DNA from: Candidatus Latescibacterota bacterium
GTDB lineage: Bacteria > Latescibacterota > UBA2968 > GCA-2709665
Direction of reading: 5' to 3'
Length of the DNA stretch: 64,000 bases
Assembly (NCBI GenBank): GCA_965222075.1
Contig: OZ244937.1
Location: forward strand, 3,648,001 to 3,712,000
This document shows positions 60,693 through 64,000 of the stretch, piece by piece; within the stretch, counting starts at the first letter, position 1; the number at the start of each line of letters is the position of its first letter. Below the pieces are notes generated by a model, which had not been told where the DNA came from, did not search any database, and worked only from the letters and a program-made list of their open reading frames with translations. A program made the position numbers and the translations under genes.

Positions 60693-61173
60693 CGCCCAAC
60701 TTTACGAATACTTTCGAACCTATTTGATGGACGAGGTGATGGTTAAGGTGGACCGTGCGTCGATGGCCGTTTCACTGGAAGCGCGTTCGCCTTTCTTGGA
60801 TTACCGCGTCATTGAACTGGCGTTTTCACTGCCTTATGCGTGGAAGTTTCACAGGGGCAGAAGCAAGCGCATCCTAAAAGACATCATGAGGGGCCGTTTG
60901 CCCGATGCCGTCATTGATCGTAAAAAGAAGGGCTTTGGCATGCCGATCGCCCGGTGGCTTCGAGTCGATTTGCTCGATTGGACACGCGAACTGTTGCGGT
61001 ATTTGGAAACGATCGGCATTTTAACCTCAGAGGCGCTGGCGCTGCACAACCGGCATCTGTCCGGCAGAGAAGATTTGCGCAAACCGCTTTGGAATCTGGT
61101 TGCATTGGCCCACTTCCTGCAGTCTGTTCAGTCAACCTCGAACCGGACCTCCCACGCCCCATCCAAATGTTAA
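60693..61173 (+). pseudogene. C-terminal fragment of an AsnB-like asparagine synthase/amidotransferase
   Basis: [28 protein letters not shown]...RKKKGFGMP; the Ntn glutaminase and ATP-binding regions are absent. Confidence 0.8.
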
Positions 61174-61209
61174 AGCCCCACTAAATCTATTTCTAAAGGG
61201 CCGACGCTC

Positions 61210-62691
61210 ATGGCCGAAGCGCCTGAACACCCCAACCTCGTCTTCATCCTTCCCGACCGGCAGCGGCGCGACACCCTGGCCTGCTATGGCAACGACTGGA
61301 TCCAGGTGCCGCACCTGAACGGGCTTGCGGAGGAGAGCTTCATCTTCGACCACTGCTATGTGACCCAGGCGGTCTGCTGCCCCTCCCGGTCCTCGATCAT
61401 GTGCGGGTTGTATCCGATCGACGCCGGCATGCCGGTCAACCGCCACATCCTGCCGACCGGGGTGCGCACGATCGCCGAGATGCTCTCCGGCGATTACCAC
61501 ACCGGCTACATCGGCAAGTGGCATCTCGGCGACGAGATCCTCGCCCAGCACGGCTTCAACGAGTGGATCGCCTCCTGCGACCAATGGTGGGCGGAGTACA
61601 CCACCAAGGCGCTTTGCAGCCAGTTTTCCCCCTACCACCACTGGCTCGTCGAGAACGGCTTCGAGCCGGACGCGGGGCACCCTGGAGGGAAGACGTTCTC
61701 CGCGGGCTTCAGGGCCAACCTGCCGATCGAGTACCAGATGGCCACCTATCTCGGCGAGCAGGCGGCCGGGTTCATTGAGCGCAACATGCAGCGGCCGTTC
61801 GTCCTCTACGTCAGCTCGGTCGAGCCGCATCCGCCCTTCACAGGGCCCCACAACTCCCTCTACGACCCCGACACGCTCCCGGTCGACGAGACCTTCCGCA
61901 CCTACCCGGAGGGGCACTCGCTGTTCAACCGGATCCGTGCCGAGTTCTGGATGCAGGCGGTACACGACGGCGGCTTCGACCTGACAACCGAGATGGGCTG
62001 GCGGCGAATGCGCGCCAACTACTACGGCTGCGTGTCGATCGTTGACGGGATGGTGGGGCGCATTCTGGGCGCCCTCGACGATGCGGGACTCCGCGACAAC
62101 ACGGTCGTCGTGTTCACCAGCGACCACGGCGAAATGGTCGGCACCCACGCCCAGGTGGAGATGCGCACGCCCTACGAAGCGTCGTCCCGGGTGCCGCTGC
62201 TGGTGCGGGTGCCGTGGCTGACCGGGAGCCAGCGGCGCGTGGGCGGCAACTTCAGCCAGATTGACTTCGTGCCCACCCTGCTCGACCTGCTCAACCAGCC
62301 CGTGCCCGGACACCTGCCGGGTGAGAGTCGCACGGATGTGCTGCGAGGGCGGGCCAACCTGAGCGACAACGACGTCGTCATCCAGCACAACGGGGTCGGA
62401 GACCGTGACCTGACGTCGGCCGCGAGTTCGCACACAATGGCGCCCGAGCGGGTACGCCAGTTGAACTGGCTGAAGACGGTACCCTGGCGCAGCGTAGTCA
62501 CCTCGGACCGCTGGAAGCTGACCCTGTGCGCCGCCGATCAGGGCGAGCTGTTCGACCTGAACACCGACCCGGCCGAGACGACAAATCTGTTCGACCGGCC
62601 CGGGCAACGCGACCGCGTGCGCTGGATGGCGGCGCGGCTGCGGCTGTGGCAGGAGACGGTTGGCGACACGGCACCGCTGCCGGGGGTGTAG
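61210..62691 (+). CDS. Formylglycine-dependent sulfatase-family hydrolase (no signal peptide)
   Basis: PNLVFI, CCPSR (CxPxR), GKWHLG, PHPPF and FTSDHG motifs. Confidence 0.93.
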   Translation: MAEAPEHPNLVFILPDRQRRDTLACYGNDWIQVPHLNGLAEESFIFDHCYVTQAVCCPSRSSIMCGLYPIDAGMPVNRHILPTGVRTIAEMLSGDYHTGYIGKWHLGDEILAQHGFNEWIASCDQWWAEYTTKALCSQFSPYHHWLVENGFEPDAGHPGGKTFSAGFRANLPIEYQMATYLGEQAAGFIERNMQRPFVLYVSSVEPHPPFTGPHNSLYDPDTLPVDETFRTYPEGHSLFNRIRAEFWMQAVHDGGFDLTTEMGWRRMRANYYGCVSIVDGMVGRILGALDDAGLRDNTVVVFTSDHGEMVGTHAQVEMRTPYEASSRVPLLVRVPWLTGSQRRVGGNFSQIDFVPTLLDLLNQPVPGHLPGESRTDVLRGRANLSDNDVVIQHNGVGDRDLTSAASSHTMAPERVRQLNWLKTVPWRSVVTSDRWKLTLCAADQGELFDLNTDPAETTNLFDRPGQRDRVRWMAARLRLWQETVGDTAPLPGV

Positions 62692-62724
62692 GGGCGTCTG
62701 GTCCACCCGCTTCCCCTCCCGGTA

Positions 62725-63801
62725 TCAACGGTGGTACTTCGGCTGCCGCGGTGCCCTGTCCCGCTGCAATCGGTGCCTACTTCCTTCCAGCGGCAACCCC
62801 ACCCGCGCCCCCCCACGCAGGTGCGACTCCACAAAGGCAAAAATCAATTCGGTATTGGTCCGGGCCAGCCTCACCCCCCCACGCGGCGGCTCGCCCGTAT
62901 CCAGCGCGTGTACCAGATCTTCGATCAGCCGCACCGTCGAACTGGCGGGATCGAACGGTGGAAACTCCCCAGGCGCCAGCACGCGCCGGCCGCGATGGTC
63001 CCGCCCTCCCGGCTCGCGCACCTGCCATTCCGCCCCGTTGCCCAGCGCAGTCACCACGCCGTGTTCGCCCACGGCTTCCACTTCCAGCCCCCGCCCCGAA
63101 TTGAGCGCGTATGCTGTCACCCCGTTTTCGAACTGCAAAATACCGTGTCCCACCGGATCCTCGCACAACCGCTCACCCTCAATCATTTCGTCCCCGTTGG
63201 GAAGATGCGCCTGCACCCACGAAACCGGGCAGTCGCTGTTGAGCCTCAGCAACAGATCAAAGCTGTGGCTGGCCCCGTTGAAAAGCGCGCTGGTCTGGTG
63301 GATAATCAGCGTTTTCAACCGGCCGATCCGGCCGCCGTCGATTACGTCCACCATCGCGTCGTATCCCGTATCCCAGCGCCGGTTCGTTCCCATATTGAAG
63401 AAAACGCCGTTGCGCTCCACCGCCTCCACCATGGCGTCGGCCTCCTCCATAGAGGAAGCCATGGCCTTTTCTCCGTAGATCGCCTTAACCCCGTGCTCGG
63501 CCGCGTAGATGACGATCTCCGCTCGATGCTCCGGCTGGGTGGCCACACTGACAATATCGGGCTGCTCTTTGTCGATCATCTCCTTGTAGTCCATATACTG
63601 CTTTTCTTTGGGCACACCGTAGCGGAGGCCCACCTGCGCCATCACATCCACCCGCAAGTCCGAACACGCCACCATTTCCGTGCGCTCGCACGCTTCGTAG
63701 CCCGCCGCGTGCGAGTACGGCCCCCTCTCTTCCGGCGCCTCGTTGTCGATAAAGGCGCCCATCCGGCTGCAGCCGACCAGTGCGGCCTTGTAGATTTTCA
63801 T
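62725..63801 (-). CDS. Gfo/Idh/MocA-family oxidoreductase
   Basis: LVGC..MG, PDIVSVAT, EKAMA and SHSFD motifs; start taken at MKIYK. Confidence 0.9.
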   Translation of the reverse strand: MKIYKAALVGCSRMGAFIDNEAPEERGPYSHAAGYEACERTEMVACSDLRVDVMAQVGLRYGVPKEKQYMDYKEMIDKEQPDIVSVATQPEHRAEIVIYAAEHGVKAIYGEKAMASSMEEADAMVEAVERNGVFFNMGTNRRWDTGYDAMVDVIDGGRIGRLKTLIIHQTSALFNGASHSFDLLLRLNSDCPVSWVQAHLPNGDEMIEGERLCEDPVGHGILQFENGVTAYALNSGRGLEVEAVGEHGVVTALGNGAEWQVREPGGRDHRGRRVLAPGEFPPFDPASSTVRLIEDLVHALDTGEPPRGGVRLARTNTELIFAFVESHLRGGARVGLPLEGSRHRLQRDRAPRQPKYHR

Positions 63802-63868
63802 ACGTTTCTCCTCTGAAAGGGTGCTGCGAGTAGAAAAAGAACAGACTCCTGAAACGATGGGACGCACG

Positions 63869-64000
63869 CTACACGTGAAAAATGTATAGATTTCGTTCTG
63901 CCAGTGGCAGATCGACCCAGGCACCACCCTGTCGATGGCTCTCCGCCACCGCAATACAGGCTTCCGTAATATGGTGGGCCACATCCACATGCCCAAGCGT
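63869..64000 (-). CDS. 3' end of a second Gfo/Idh/MocA-like paralog (window edge)
   Basis: Reads ...AHHITEACIAVAESHRQGGAWVDLPLAERNLYIFHV*, similar to ELIFAFVESHLRGGARVGLPL of the next gene. Confidence 0.7.
   Translation of the reverse strand, partial: TLGHVDVAHHITEACIAVAESHRQGGAWVDLPLAERNLYIFHV

Overview
GC-rich bacterial chromosome segment. The gene content (many stand-alone hydrolases and dehydrogenases, a sulfatase, a TonB receptor) suggests a Latescibacterota/Gemmatimonadota-like heterotroph; this taxonomic guess is inference only. Left to right it holds: a decayed defence-island tail (1-1.4 kb); a catabolic cluster (1.5-8.9 kb); proS and three hydrolases; a TonB receptor; thiC with a TPP riboswitch; and a 12-kb co-oriented cluster joining a partner-switching/two-component module to a CP-ATP-grasp/Amt/alpha-E/transglutaminase unit. 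Further right are an ECF sigma operon, housekeeping genes (ilvB, sucC, gpmI, acnA, mdh, rplU/rpmA, rne/rng, moeA/moaC), tRNA-Lys(CTT) and an accessory tail. Three signals stand out. (1) An M20D amidohydrolase has its metal-ligand Cys codon (HGCGHN motif) replaced by an in-frame UGA followed by a SECIS-like hairpin, making it a candidate selenoprotein. (2) An unannotated Asn-rich leader peptide with terminator/antiterminator lies upstream of a methyltransferase and a decayed non-discriminating AspRS, a candidate Asn-sensing attenuator. (3) The Amt-containing peptide-ligase plus signalling operon. All family assignments are from motif recognition by eye, not database searches.
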